Assembly (NCBI GenBank): GCA_963770835.1
Contig: CAVYRH010000007.1
Coordinates: 64,001 to 128,000, forward strand
From: an uncultured Pseudomonadota bacterium
GTDB lineage: Bacteria > Oederibacteriota > Muellerivitia > Muellerivitales > Muellerivitaceae
DNA length: 64,000 nt
Direction: 5' to 3'
A program made the translations under genes and the position numbers. Under the pieces are notes generated by a model that had not been told where the DNA came from, made no database searches, and saw only the letters and a list, made by a program, of their open reading frames with translations. Positions 19,273 through 28,285 of this stretch are shown one piece after another (positions within the stretch are counted from its first letter, which is position 1; each line of letters begins with the position of its first letter).

Positions 19273-19842
19273 TTAAGCCTCCACCCGCTTAAGTGTGTTC
19301 TTGTCCCTATGCTCGAAGATGTTCTTCTGCCCCTTGATCTGAATGCGGGTCACTTGGTGGTAAATAAAGGTCTCCTCGTCGGGGAAAGACACCTGGATTT
19401 CGTATTCGACCGTTTGGAATTCCTTGTCGAGGAAAGGGTTGGAACAAATCCCGAAGGTCTTTGAGCCCAATTCCGCCTTGAGCTTGAACGATTTGGAATC
19501 ATGCTCCGCGTGACCACCCGCCAGGAGCGCCATGGCCCGGGGAATGGCGAGGGATTGCATCACTTGCTTGGCCTTGGGGTCCCAATGCCAGTAGCCGATT
19601 TGGTCGTGGAAGGGGAATTCCTCGCCGTGGCGGAAGACCTGTTGGTGATACCGAACCCCATAAAGTGTCTGCTCGTGGTTCATGGCGGGCAGGATATGGG
19701 TGAAGACGATGACTTCGTGATACTTGTTGTTTTCGGTGCCCCGGTCGTCCGAGGGGGCTGTGTCGTCCCCGATATCCCCCGTGAAAGTCCCCACCAAGTT
19801 CTGCAGAGGTCCTAATTCGTTCAAATCGAGTTGCTGCGCCAT
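19273..19842 (-). CDS. Nitrobindin/FABP-like heme-binding beta-barrel protein (DUF1794/THAP4-like)
   Basis: LGPLQNLVGTFTG, NHEQTLYGVRY, FHDQIGYW, C-terminal FEHRDKNTL. Confidence 0.78.
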   Translation of the reverse strand: MAQQLDLNELGPLQNLVGTFTGDIGDDTAPSDDRGTENNKYHEVIVFTHILPAMNHEQTLYGVRYHQQVFRHGEEFPFHDQIGYWHWDPKAKQVMQSLAIPRAMALLAGGHAEHDSKSFKLKAELGSKTFGICSNPFLDKEFQTVEYEIQVSFPDEETFIYHQVTRIQIKGQKNIFEHRDKNTLKRVEA

Positions 19843-19875
19843 GACGCCTCCTTAAAATAACGGCAACACAAGTTT

Positions 19876-20062
19876 AACCACCAAGCTCACCAAGGGCACC
19901 AAGAACAGCAAAAAAATATACCTAAACCTCCACGGTTTATTTTGATTTTATCTTTCTTGGTAAGCTTGTGCCGATTACCCACAAGATAAAATTGTGGAAA
20001 TCGATACTATACCGACCTCTATAACTGCTTTATGGAAGGTCGGCATAGTGACCTTGGTGGTT
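19876..20062. repeat. 9-nt-periodic (CACCAAGnn) inverted-repeat element, copy 1, with two nested hairpins in the right arm
   Basis: aac caccaagct caccaaggg caccaagaa ... ttcttggta agctt[insert]gtg accttggtggtt. Confidence 0.8.
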
Positions 20063-20086
20063 CAAATCGCCTTTTTAGTAGTGTGC

Positions 20087-22153
20087 TTACTTTTGCTTGA
20101 CCGCCGTAAATGGTTTCCGGTCCTGCGTCACGACGGTCTGGTAGAAGGCCAATAAGTCCTGGTATTCCTTGCCCAACGAGATAGTCCTTTGCTTCACCCC
20201 AACGTACCTTTCGTAACTCAAGGTCCCAAATTCGAGTTTGGAAGTAGCGGAAAATTCCGCGACAGGATTGCTGAGGGCCACATCCTTGGGCAGATCGCCG
20301 GCCAGGTAGCCGGGGGGCAGTTTCACGATGGTTTCGGTCTCGGAATTGAAGTTTTGGGGCACGACCACGGGCGTTTGGCGGGAATCGTGCAGGACGGAGA
20401 AAAAGTCCTCCACATCCTCGAAGACCACGGGGAAGAAAGCCATGCCACCGTCCTTGCGGAACTTGGCGTAAGAGGGAATTTGGAAGGTGTAATGAACGTC
20501 CAGGGGTTTGGAAATGTCCCTGTAGTCGCCGAAACGGTAGTCGGTGAGGGCCACTTGGGGGAAAAGGCGGGCCAAGCCCCTGTAAACCAGGTCGCGCCGC
20601 TTCTCATCGGTGGTGGCCCGAAAAAACTGGCGCAAGGCCAACTCGGAGGAACCATAGGCCAGGATATCGACCGTGCAATTCAGGTTGCCCTGGGCGTCCA
20701 GTTCCATGACGACGTCGCGGTGTTTGCGGTGGTCCTTGGCTGCAAAGGAGGGCGTCAGCTTCCAATTCAAGGGTGTGAGGACGCAAAGGGCCTTGCGGTC
20801 CAGCGCGTTGATGGGGAGTACGCCCGGTGCCGCCAGGGGTTCGGTAGGATCGACCCAAATCAAGTCCTTGCCGGAAGCTACGGCCACCAGCACCCCGTTG
20901 AACTGGGAAAGGGCGGGCAGATCGGGAATGATCTCGCCGCTGGAGGCCTGGCGGTAGAGGTAAACCAAGGGCGTTAGTTTGGCGTACCGAAGGGACAGCG
21001 TCAAAAGCATGGCCATATCGTGGGCCGTACCCTTTCCGCTTTCAATGATTTCACTCACGGGCCGGTCGGGGTTCAGGTAAACAGGCAGGCCCGTGTCCAC
21101 GAAATCGACTTTTTGCTCGATGGCGGATTTGATTTGGCCGATCCGGTCAGCCAGGGCTTCGGCCGTGTTGCTTCCGGCGTCCCCGATCAAGTCCCCCACC
21201 TTGGAAAGATCCCCGTCCAAGTACTGCCGGACCCGGATACGGTAGGGCATCACCGCTTCCTCCCAGGATCGGTTGAGGGTGAAGGCGGTGAGGGGGGCCA
21301 GGTCCTGGAGGGCGGGTTGGAAACTTTCGGAAGGCACGGGGTCTTCGGGCCCCATGGATAAGCGCACGGTTTTTTCGTGCCCCTTGGGGACCGTGGGTGC
21401 GTCCGTGGTGAAGTTTTGGGGCAGCCTCAGCCGGGCGCCGAAGAGCTCCAGGTTGGAGGGAATGTGAAGGGTTAGGTCCCTTTGAAGGGAAGGGGTGTAG
21501 TCGTTCCAACGGAACGCGAAGCTGGCCTCGGGGGCTATCGGGTGGGGTTTCTTCGGGTCCTTCATCATATCCTTGTCCACCAAAAGCGCGGAAGTTTTGG
21601 TTTCAAGGGTGTACTTCACTTCTAGGGCTTCGCCCGCCTCCAGGTCGGGAATCCGGACCGAGGTCAGTTTGGAGAGGCTTAAGGGCAGGTTTTCCTGGGG
21701 TGGGATCCATTGGGCCTGGGGTTGTTTTTCGGCGGGCGTGAAGTTCCCTTTATCGTCCAGCACATAAAGCTTCAGGGTCTGGATGGAGAGATTTTGGGAA
21801 TCCTGGTTTAGGCTGGCCAGAAGGGGCAGGGGATGGTCGGGTTTGACCCGGGCCGCCCATATCTGATGCACCGTCACCCGGAAGCTTTTGTCCGAACGCC
21901 ATTCCACCTGGGCGTCATCCTGGAGGGTCAGGGTCTTGGGCGCATCAGGGGCGGTGAAACGGGCGGCGGCTTGGGAAAGGAGGGCTTGGGTTTGGGCCTC
22001 CTCGGGGGGAAGGGGCGTGGGAGTAGGCGCCGTCGCACAGCCGGTTAAAGACAATATTAACCACCAAGGCACCAAGACACCAAGGAAAGCGAAAACCAAA
22101 GAAACAATATTTTTAGACGTTCTTGGTGTCTTGGTGTCTTGGGAGTGAAACAT
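20087..22153 (-). CDS. Lipoprotein with DUF3857-like and transglutaminase-like domains (catalytic Cys/His absent)
   Basis: ATG 22153 just after the rpe stop; lipobox LTGC; GTAHD / QFNG / WVDPT align with the GDCKD / FNH / WxDPT motifs. Confidence 0.75.
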   Translation of the reverse strand: MFHSQDTKTPRTSKNIVSLVFAFLGVLVPWWLILSLTGCATAPTPTPLPPEEAQTQALLSQAAARFTAPDAPKTLTLQDDAQVEWRSDKSFRVTVHQIWAARVKPDHPLPLLASLNQDSQNLSIQTLKLYVLDDKGNFTPAEKQPQAQWIPPQENLPLSLSKLTSVRIPDLEAGEALEVKYTLETKTSALLVDKDMMKDPKKPHPIAPEASFAFRWNDYTPSLQRDLTLHIPSNLELFGARLRLPQNFTTDAPTVPKGHEKTVRLSMGPEDPVPSESFQPALQDLAPLTAFTLNRSWEEAVMPYRIRVRQYLDGDLSKVGDLIGDAGSNTAEALADRIGQIKSAIEQKVDFVDTGLPVYLNPDRPVSEIIESGKGTAHDMAMLLTLSLRYAKLTPLVYLYRQASSGEIIPDLPALSQFNGVLVAVASGKDLIWVDPTEPLAAPGVLPINALDRKALCVLTPLNWKLTPSFAAKDHRKHRDVVMELDAQGNLNCTVDILAYGSSELALRQFFRATTDEKRRDLVYRGLARLFPQVALTDYRFGDYRDISKPLDVHYTFQIPSYAKFRKDGGMAFFPVVFEDVEDFFSVLHDSRQTPVVVPQNFNSETETIVKLPPGYLAGDLPKDVALSNPVAEFSATSKLEFGTLSYERYVGVKQRTISLGKEYQDLLAFYQTVVTQDRKPFTAVKQK
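22059..22150. repeat. 9-nt-periodic inverted-repeat element, copy 2, lying inside the lipoprotein signal-peptide coding region
   Basis: aac caccaagg caccaaga caccaagg ... tcttggtg tcttggtg tcttgggagtg (units of 8 nt here). Confidence 0.85.
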
Positions 22154-22155
22154 GT

Positions 22156-22821
22156 TTAATTTTTGTTTCCGGCGTTTTTGAGGGCCTGGACGGCTTCTTT
22201 CATGTTGGGTGCCTTGAAGACGGCTGTTGCGGCCACTAGCAAGGTGGCCCCCGCCTCCACCACCAAGGGTGCGGTCTTGGGGTTGATGCCCCCATCCACT
22301 GCGATCTCCGGTTTGAAGCCTTGCTCTTTGCACCATTTGGAGAAACGAGCGATTTTAGGCACCACGTCGGGAATAAAGGATTGGCCGGCAAAGCCGGGCC
22401 AAACCGACATGAAAAGCACGTAGTCCAGGTCCTTGACGAAGGGTTTTAAAACTTCCTCGGAAGTGGTGGGATTGACGACCATACCTGCCCGGCAGCCGTC
22501 CTGCTTGATAAGGTGGATGGTGGAAGCCGGGTTTTCGATCGCCTCCGCGTGGAAGAGGATATAGGTGGAGCCAGCCTTGATGAAATCCGGGATGTATTTA
22601 TCCGCGTTTTCAATCATTAGGTGGGTATCCATGGGGACGTTGACCTTGCCCTTGAGGCTGGCGATGACAGGGGCGCCGAAGGTGATGTTGGGCACGAAAT
22701 GGCCGTCCATGACGTCCATGTGCAGCATGTCACAACCGGCCTCGACGGCCTGTTTGGCGTTCTTGAGGAGGTCGCCGAAATCCGCGGAGAGAATGGAAGC
22801 CGAAACTTTGATGGGGGGCAT
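22156..22821 (-). CDS. rpe: Ribulose-phosphate 3-epimerase
   Basis: SILSADF, HMDVMDGHFVPNITFG, DTHLM, MSVWPGFAGQ, VDGGIN. Confidence 0.97.
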   Translation of the reverse strand: MPPIKVSASILSADFGDLLKNAKQAVEAGCDMLHMDVMDGHFVPNITFGAPVIASLKGKVNVPMDTHLMIENADKYIPDFIKAGSTYILFHAEAIENPASTIHLIKQDGCRAGMVVNPTTSEEVLKPFVKDLDYVLFMSVWPGFAGQSFIPDVVPKIARFSKWCKEQGFKPEIAVDGGINPKTAPLVVEAGATLLVAATAVFKAPNMKEAVQALKNAGNKN

Positions 22822-23094
22822 AAAAACACCTCGAACTTGGATTGGGGCCCGTATCTTAGCAAAAAGGGTTCCAACATCCTATGCAGTTTCCCAATGGCAA
22901 CAGGGCCAAGGCCCCTAAATGAAAATTGTCTCTCACCTATTTTTTGGAAAATAGATGATTTGTGGGACTATACCGATCACCTTAATTCTTAAAAGAAGAT
23001 CGGCGTGTATAACCCGCATTTTCTTGTTCGGGCTGGCTTGATTTCAATGACGGAGAATGAGGGTCGGAGAGCCTTCGACGGCAAAAAAGGCCGA

Positions 23095-24075
23095 TTACTC
23101 GATGGGTATTTCCTTCACGAACTCCTGGTTCAGGTACACCTGGGCGGAGGCCTTGCCACTGACCAAAACGTCCAACTCCACGTGGTCCTTGGGGGTTTCC
23201 ATCTTGTTGTAAATCGTTCGGGTGCCCGAACTGTCGAAGATGTCGATCTGGAGGCGCCGGGGGTTGCCCTCGGGCATGTCAAAGACGATTTTGGCGGAAC
23301 GGGTTTTCAGGCTGGGCTCGGAACTTTTGGCGCTGACCACGAAGGAGACGTCGTCTTTCTCCTGGATACGGGTGCCGGCGGGCGGGGTTTGGGAAAGGAT
23401 GGTTTCCGAATCCAGGTCGTCGTGCACCTCGCTCTTGATGTTCTGGATGGTGATGCCCGCGGGCCGCAGGGCCTTGAAGGCTTTTTCCAAGGGCTGGTTT
23501 TTCAAGTCCGGCATGATGTAACTCGGCTGGGGCGGCGCGGCGGCCACCAACAGGTTGACCTCGGTGAAAGAATCGGCCAGTTCGTCGGCGGGGGGCATTT
23601 GAGCCAGCACGGTGTCCTGCGGGTCCCCGGAAATCATGAGGGATTCGCGGCCTACCCTCAAATGGGCCCCGGCCAGGGCGATCTGGGCCTGGGGGAAAGA
23701 CATCTCGACGACCTGTGGCACCTTGACCTTGGGGTTGCCCTTGCTCAAAACCACTTCTACCGTTTGCCCCCGCTTGGCGTAGCTATTGGCCTTGGGGACT
23801 TGCTCGCTGACAAGGCCCAGTGGCACATGTTCGTCGTATTGGGAACGGGTGACCTTCAAGTGAAGACCCTTGGAGGAAATGGCCTTTTCGGCCTGGTTTT
23901 CGTCCATGCCGATGATCTTCGGCACGATCATCGGCTGGTGAAATTGGGTGTAGAGCATGGAAGCCAGGGCCGTCACCACCGTAATGCAGGTGAAGGTGCC
24001 CAAAACAACCAGTGCCCGTTTCGTAAGGTTCTTTTCCCCGGGCGTCAGCTTGATTTTTTCAAAACGCAGGTTCAT
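23095..24075 (-). CDS. Membrane-anchored PASTA-domain protein (three PASTA repeats)
   Basis: One TM, then VPKIIG, VPQVVE and MPDLKN repeats, each ending in a Q.P..G/A...V.+.+S pattern. Confidence 0.85.
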   Translation of the reverse strand: MNLRFEKIKLTPGEKNLTKRALVVLGTFTCITVVTALASMLYTQFHQPMIVPKIIGMDENQAEKAISSKGLHLKVTRSQYDEHVPLGLVSEQVPKANSYAKRGQTVEVVLSKGNPKVKVPQVVEMSFPQAQIALAGAHLRVGRESLMISGDPQDTVLAQMPPADELADSFTEVNLLVAAAPPQPSYIMPDLKNQPLEKAFKALRPAGITIQNIKSEVHDDLDSETILSQTPPAGTRIQEKDDVSFVVSAKSSEPSLKTRSAKIVFDMPEGNPRRLQIDIFDSSGTRTIYNKMETPKDHVELDVLVSGKASAQVYLNQEFVKEIPIE

Positions 24076-24102
24076 CCAAGCCTTCTTTGAGGCGATTTGT
24101 GA

Positions 24103-25179
24103 CTATTTAAACGCGGGCGTATTTTCGAAGCCCAATTGGCCGCAAGCTGCGGCGATGTCCACGCCCTTCCTCTCCCGCAAGAAAACCCGCATTCCCTTCG
24201 CTTTCAAGAGTGCCCGGAAGGCCATCACCTTTTCCTCACTGGGCGCATCGAAAGGCAGGGTGGGTACTGGGTTATAGCGGATCAAGTTGACCTTGCAAAG
24301 CAGATCCTTGCAGTAGTCCGCCAGTTTTTCGGCATCCTCGGGGCGGTCATTGACGTCTTTTAAAAGGATGTATTCCAAGGTGACCGGAAGGCGGCGCACG
24401 AAGGTGTATTTGCGCATCAGCTTTCGCAGCTTGTCCAGGGGGTTGGAACGGTTGATGGGCATCAGGCGGCTGCGGATTTCGGGGTCGGCGCTGTGAAGGG
24501 AAACCGCCAGCGAAACCGGCCAATCGTCCTTGATAAAGCGCGCGATGTGTTCCAAGAGGCCGGAGGTGGAAACGGTGACGCGGCGCCGGCCTAAGTTTAA
24601 CCCATCGGGGTCGTGCAGGATGCGCATGGCTTTCTCGGTGTTTTCATAGTTGTCCATGGGTTCCCCCATTCCCATGACCACTACATTGTTAAAAGAAGTG
24701 CCGGAATCCTGCTCCATGCCTACGATCTGGGCCACGATTTCGGCGGTCGTGAGGTTCTTTTGGAACTTGGGGATTCCGGTGGCGCAAAAAGTGCATTTCA
24801 TGCGGCAACCGGCCTGGGTGGAAAGGCAGGCCGTATGGCGGGAGGCTTCACCTTCCTCGTCGCGGGCCATGGGGATGAGCACGCTTTCCACCAATGCCGT
24901 TTGGCCTTTTTCATCGGGAGGCAGCTGCCAGAGGTATTTGACGGTTCCATCCTTGGATGCCTGGCGGGTATGGAGGGTGAGGGGGGAAAGGGAGGCTTTT
25001 CCCTCCAGATCCTGGCGCAGTTCCTTAGAGAGATCCGTCATTTCACCGAAACCGCGGGCGCGTTTTTGGTAAAGCCAGCGAAAGACCTGGGTGCCGACAT
25101 GGCGGGGCGAACCCCATTCGCCCAGGAGGTGGATGAGTTCGGGGCGGGTGTAATCGTAAAAGTGGACTGGGTTTTCCAA
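24103..25179 (-). CDS. rlmN: Dual-specificity RNA methyltransferase RlmN (radical SAM)
   Basis: CLSTQAGCRMKCTFC, MGMGEP, IAAACGQL; probable TTG start at 25179. Confidence 0.95.
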   Translation of the reverse strand: MENPVHFYDYTRPELIHLLGEWGSPRHVGTQVFRWLYQKRARGFGEMTDLSKELRQDLEGKASLSPLTLHTRQASKDGTVKYLWQLPPDEKGQTALVESVLIPMARDEEGEASRHTACLSTQAGCRMKCTFCATGIPKFQKNLTTAEIVAQIVGMEQDSGTSFNNVVVMGMGEPMDNYENTEKAMRILHDPDGLNLGRRRVTVSTSGLLEHIARFIKDDWPVSLAVSLHSADPEIRSRLMPINRSNPLDKLRKLMRKYTFVRRLPVTLEYILLKDVNDRPEDAEKLADYCKDLLCKVNLIRYNPVPTLPFDAPSEEKVMAFRALLKAKGMRVFLRERKGVDIAAACGQLGFENTPAFK

Positions 25180-25286
25180 GTTTTTTTGTCCCGGGGATTT
25201 TTTGGAAGGGCTTAGTCTACAAAAGTTCCAATTCGCTTTAAAGATATAAACAGACCTTGTCAAAGCCAAGGTCAGGTTGTTAAATA

Positions 25287-25367
25287 CAGTCCAAAGTTGA
25301 CAGTCGACAGTCCACAGCAAGGCTTTTGGGTCGTTGCTGCCGACGGTCGACTGTGGACTGTTAACCG
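25287..25367. repeat. 7-nt-periodic hairpin element, copy C (upstream of hisG)
   Basis: cagtcca aagttga cagtcga cagtcca cagc ... ctgccga cggtcga ctgtgga ctgttaa ccg. Confidence 0.85.
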
Positions 25368-25385
25368 CTTTTAAAGGAATTCGCA

Positions 25386-26260
25386 ATGGCCAATTTATTG
25401 AAGCTGGGGCTGCCAAAGGGGAGCCTGCAGGAATCCACTTTCCACCTCTTCGCCAAGGCGGGATACAAGATATCCTCCACGTCGCGATCCTATTTCCCCA
25501 ATATCGACGATCCCGAAATGAAAGCCATGCTGATCCGCGCCCAGGAAATGGGCCGCTACGTGGAAGACGGCACCCTGGACGTGGGCATGACGGGCCGGGA
25601 CTGGGTATTGGAAAACGGGTCCAAGGTTGAGGAAGTGGCCGAATTAATCTACGCCAAGGCCGGCTTAAGGCCCGTGCGCTGGGTTTTGGCGGCCCCCGCC
25701 AATTCCCCCATTAAATCGGTGAAGGACCTGGAAGGGAAGAAAATAGCCACCGAATTGGTGAACGTCTCCAAGGAATATTTGAAGAAGAACGGCGTTACCG
25801 CCCATGTGGAATTTTCCTGGGGGGCCACCGAGGCCAAGCCTCCCGAATTGGCGGATGCCATTATCGAAGTGACTGAAACCGGATCCTCGCTCAAGGCCAA
25901 TAACCTGGTCATCCTGGAGACCATCATGGAATCCAATACGGTGGTTATCGCCAACAGGGCCGCTTGGGCCGACCCCTGGAAGAAAAAAAAATCGAGGACA
26001 TGGTCCTGCTTTTAAAGGGCGCCTTGGCCGCCGAGGAAAAAGTGGGGCTGAAGATGAACGTTCCCCGCAAAAAACTGGAGACGATCCTCAAAGTCCTCCC
26101 CGCCCTCAATTCGCCCACCGTTTCGGAGCTCCACGACAAGGATTGGGTGGACGTGGACACGGTGGTGGACGAGAAAATTGTGCGGGGCATCATCCCGAAA
26201 CTCAAGGATGCGGGCGCGGAGGGAATCGTGGAATACCCTCTCAATAAAGTAATCCCTTAA
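25386..26260 (+). CDS. hisG: ATP phosphoribosyltransferase, long form, split by a 1-nt frameshift in an A9 run (25983-25991)
   Basis: [25 protein letters not shown] in the first frame; regulatory domain ([24 protein letters not shown]) in the -1 frame; one added A gives 291 aa. Confidence 0.93.
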
Positions 26261-26263
26261 CAC

Positions 26264-26331
26264 CAGTCGACGGTCGACAGCTTACAGCCGACAGTTTTGG
26301 CGGTTTTTGCCTGCCGACTGTGAACTGATTG
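26264..26331. repeat. 7-nt-periodic hairpin element, copy D
   Basis: cagtcga cggtcga cagctta cagccga cagt ... ctgccga ctgtgaa ctgattg; starts 4 nt after the hisG stop. Confidence 0.8.
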
Positions 26332-26344
26332 TTAGAGGCTTTGA

Positions 26345-26845
26345 ATGACAACACCGGATGAACTGAACAAAGAAGCGGTCCAGCTTTACCGGAACCTGGA
26401 TTTTGGCGGCGCCGAAAGGCTCTACCGGCAGGCTATCGGGCTGGATCCCGCCTATTTTCCTTCCCAATTGAACCTCGGCATCCTTCTTTTTAAGGAAGGG
26501 CGCTACGACGACGCTATCAAGGAATGCACCAAAGCGGTTTCCTTGAGGCCTGATCATCCTTCCGCCCATTTCCATTTGGGTAACGCTTATTACGCCAAAA
26601 TGTGGTGGGAAGAGGCCATGGTGGAATACGAGCGGGTTTTCCAATTGGAACCTGAGCACATTGACGTGCACTTCGCCTTGGGCGGCATTTACCTTAACCG
26701 CGGCTACCAGGAAAAAGCCGTGGAGTGCTGGAAGAAGTACCTGGAACTGGCTCCACCGGATTCCCCCAAAGCCAAATTGGCAAAGGAATACGTCGAGGGG
26801 ACCTTGGCCAATAAGGTTACGATAGGGAAGTACATCGCGGAGTAA
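26345..26845 (+). CDS. TPR protein
   Basis: About four TPR motifs (QLNLG, AHFHLGNAY, VHFALG). Confidence 0.85.
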   Translation: MTTPDELNKEAVQLYRNLDFGGAERLYRQAIGLDPAYFPSQLNLGILLFKEGRYDDAIKECTKAVSLRPDHPSAHFHLGNAYYAKMWWEEAMVEYERVFQLEPEHIDVHFALGGIYLNRGYQEKAVECWKKYLELAPPDSPKAKLAKEYVEGTLANKVTIGKYIAE

Positions 26846-26851
26846 TAAAGG

Positions 26852-26977
26852 CAGCCGTTAGTCCTTAGTTCTAAGTTGTTAGCAAAAGAAAAAAATGAAA
26901 AAAAAGGCGGGGAGGAAACTCCCCGCCTTTGCTATTTCAGTCTCGCTAAGAACTGAGACCTGATGCCTAACAGCTAA
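26852..26977. repeat. 7-nt-periodic hairpin element, copy E, enclosing a terminator in its loop
   Basis: cagccgt tagtcct tagttct aagttgt tagc ... ctaagaa ctgagac ctgatgc ctaacag ctaa. Confidence 0.75.
26898..26930. terminator. Intrinsic terminator between convergent genes (stronger on the minus strand)
   Basis: A8-GGCGGGGAG-GAAA-CTCCCCGCC-TTT. Confidence 0.8.
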
Positions 26978-26979
26978 TC

Positions 26980-27306
26980 TTAATGCTTGTCGTTGTAAAT
27001 CTGCCCCGAACGGTGGTTTTCCTCTTTTTCCAAATGCTTGCGTTGTTTGTGGGTCAACCGGCCTCCGTCTTTTTTCAGGTCGGCCTTGCGCTGATGGTTA
27101 ATTTCTTTGCCTTCCTTGGCCAATTTGCGGTGCTCTTTCTTGGTGATCTTTCCGTCCTTCACGCCATTCTCAATGCGGTTGTGCTGGCGGTCCAAACGGG
27201 CATCGGGGCTCATGGCGGGGTTGTTTCCATTGGCGTCTTGGGCCAGGGCCAATCCTGTTGAAGCGACGAACAGCGCGGCGGCCAATGCGGCGGTTAGGTT
27301 TTTCAT
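26980..27306 (-). CDS. Small exported His/Lys/Arg-rich helical protein
   Basis: SD AGGAG; MKNLTAALAAALFVASTGLALA signal peptide; RIENGVKDGKITKKEH repeat-like units. Confidence 0.75.
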   Translation of the reverse strand: MKNLTAALAAALFVASTGLALAQDANGNNPAMSPDARLDRQHNRIENGVKDGKITKKEHRKLAKEGKEINHQRKADLKKDGGRLTHKQRKHLEKEENHRSGQIYNDKH

Positions 27307-27347
27307 TTCCGATCTCCTCATAATGATTTTAAATCCACTACGCCTAT

Positions 27348-27376
27348 TGGACGGAAGGGAGATCGTGAAAGTTGCA
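27348..27376 (-). promoter_or_regulatory. ECF-sigma-type promoter
   Basis: TGCAAC-N17-CGTCCA on the minus strand. Confidence 0.65.
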
Positions 27377-27466
27377 ACGATAAAACAAAATGCTTTTTGG
27401 CCGTGTTTAATTAAAAAAAGGCGAGAAAATCCCGCCTTTTATAAGGAATTAGTAATGCGCTGTTTT

Positions 27467-28069
27467 TTAGTGCCAATCTCCACCATCCCGGTGGTCGTCA
27501 TGATGATCAAAGTGATGATCATCCCGTCCGGGACCGGGGTGCCGGTATTGGTCATGGATGTAGGCATAGCTGCGGCCTCCGGCCCGCATGCTCATGACTT
27601 CTTCCGGCGTGCGGTGGTAATACTCGGTCGCGAATCTCAAGTTAACCATATTGACGATGTCCGCGTCCACTAGCCGGACTCTTTCACGACCGTGCCCGTT
27701 GTAATAGGCATAGTACCCCGCATAAGGCCCGACTGCCCTGCCATGGAAGGGGACGTAAAGGACCCGGGGGCTCAAATGATAGCGGCGGAAAATATCGACC
27801 CAGGGCATACCCCCAGCCCTGAGGTTGATGATGACCCCCGGCGCCACGTGCACCTGATTGGCGACGAAGAAAACGACGGGCTGCTCCTCGTCCGGAATAT
27901 GTTGTTGCTGGCAAACGGTCACCTGTGCCGGTGGCGCGTTGTAATAACTGCCGATCGCCATGTGAAAGCTGTCGCCCCCGGGCCCGACCGAAATGCCCGC
28001 CTGAATCTGCGCCAAGGCCAGCCCGGCGGTCCAAAACAAAGCAGTGGCCAAAACGATTCTTTTTTTCAT
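27467..28069 (-). CDS. Exported hypothetical protein with a His/Asp-rich tail
   Basis: MKKRIVLATALFWTAGLALA signal peptide; SD AAGGAG. Confidence 0.75.
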   Translation of the reverse strand: MKKRIVLATALFWTAGLALAQIQAGISVGPGGDSFHMAIGSYYNAPPAQVTVCQQQHIPDEEQPVVFFVANQVHVAPGVIINLRAGGMPWVDIFRRYHLSPRVLYVPFHGRAVGPYAGYYAYYNGHGRERVRLVDADIVNMVNLRFATEYYHRTPEEVMSMRAGGRSYAYIHDQYRHPGPGRDDHHFDHHDDHRDGGDWH

Positions 28070-28112
28070 TCAATCTCTCCTTGCATCTAGACCGAAAATT
28101 CACTACGGCTTT

Positions 28113-28141
28113 TTGACGCGCCAAGGCGTCCCGTTGTTACA
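28113..28141 (-). promoter_or_regulatory. ECF-sigma-type promoter
   Basis: TGTAAC-N17-CGTCAA on the minus strand. Confidence 0.65.
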
Positions 28142-28285
28142 CCCTAAAACCGGGGTTAAAACCCCGTTACTTCCAAAGGGCGACCCTTCCCGCCTGGCCC
28201 GTTCGTCTACACAGCGGAACCGGAAATCAACTTGGGATTCACGAACCTCTTGAAAAGCCGGTTAAAAACACAGAGGAGGATAAGG

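Noticed and set aside
22154..22336. N-terminal extension of the transglutaminase-like ORF
   Set aside because: It overlaps rpe in another frame; ATG 22153 gives a proper lipoprotein signal.
25180..25416. 79-aa N-terminal extension of RlmN in the ORF track
   Set aside because: It reads through hairpin C and overlaps the divergent hisG start; RlmN similarity begins near TTG 25179.
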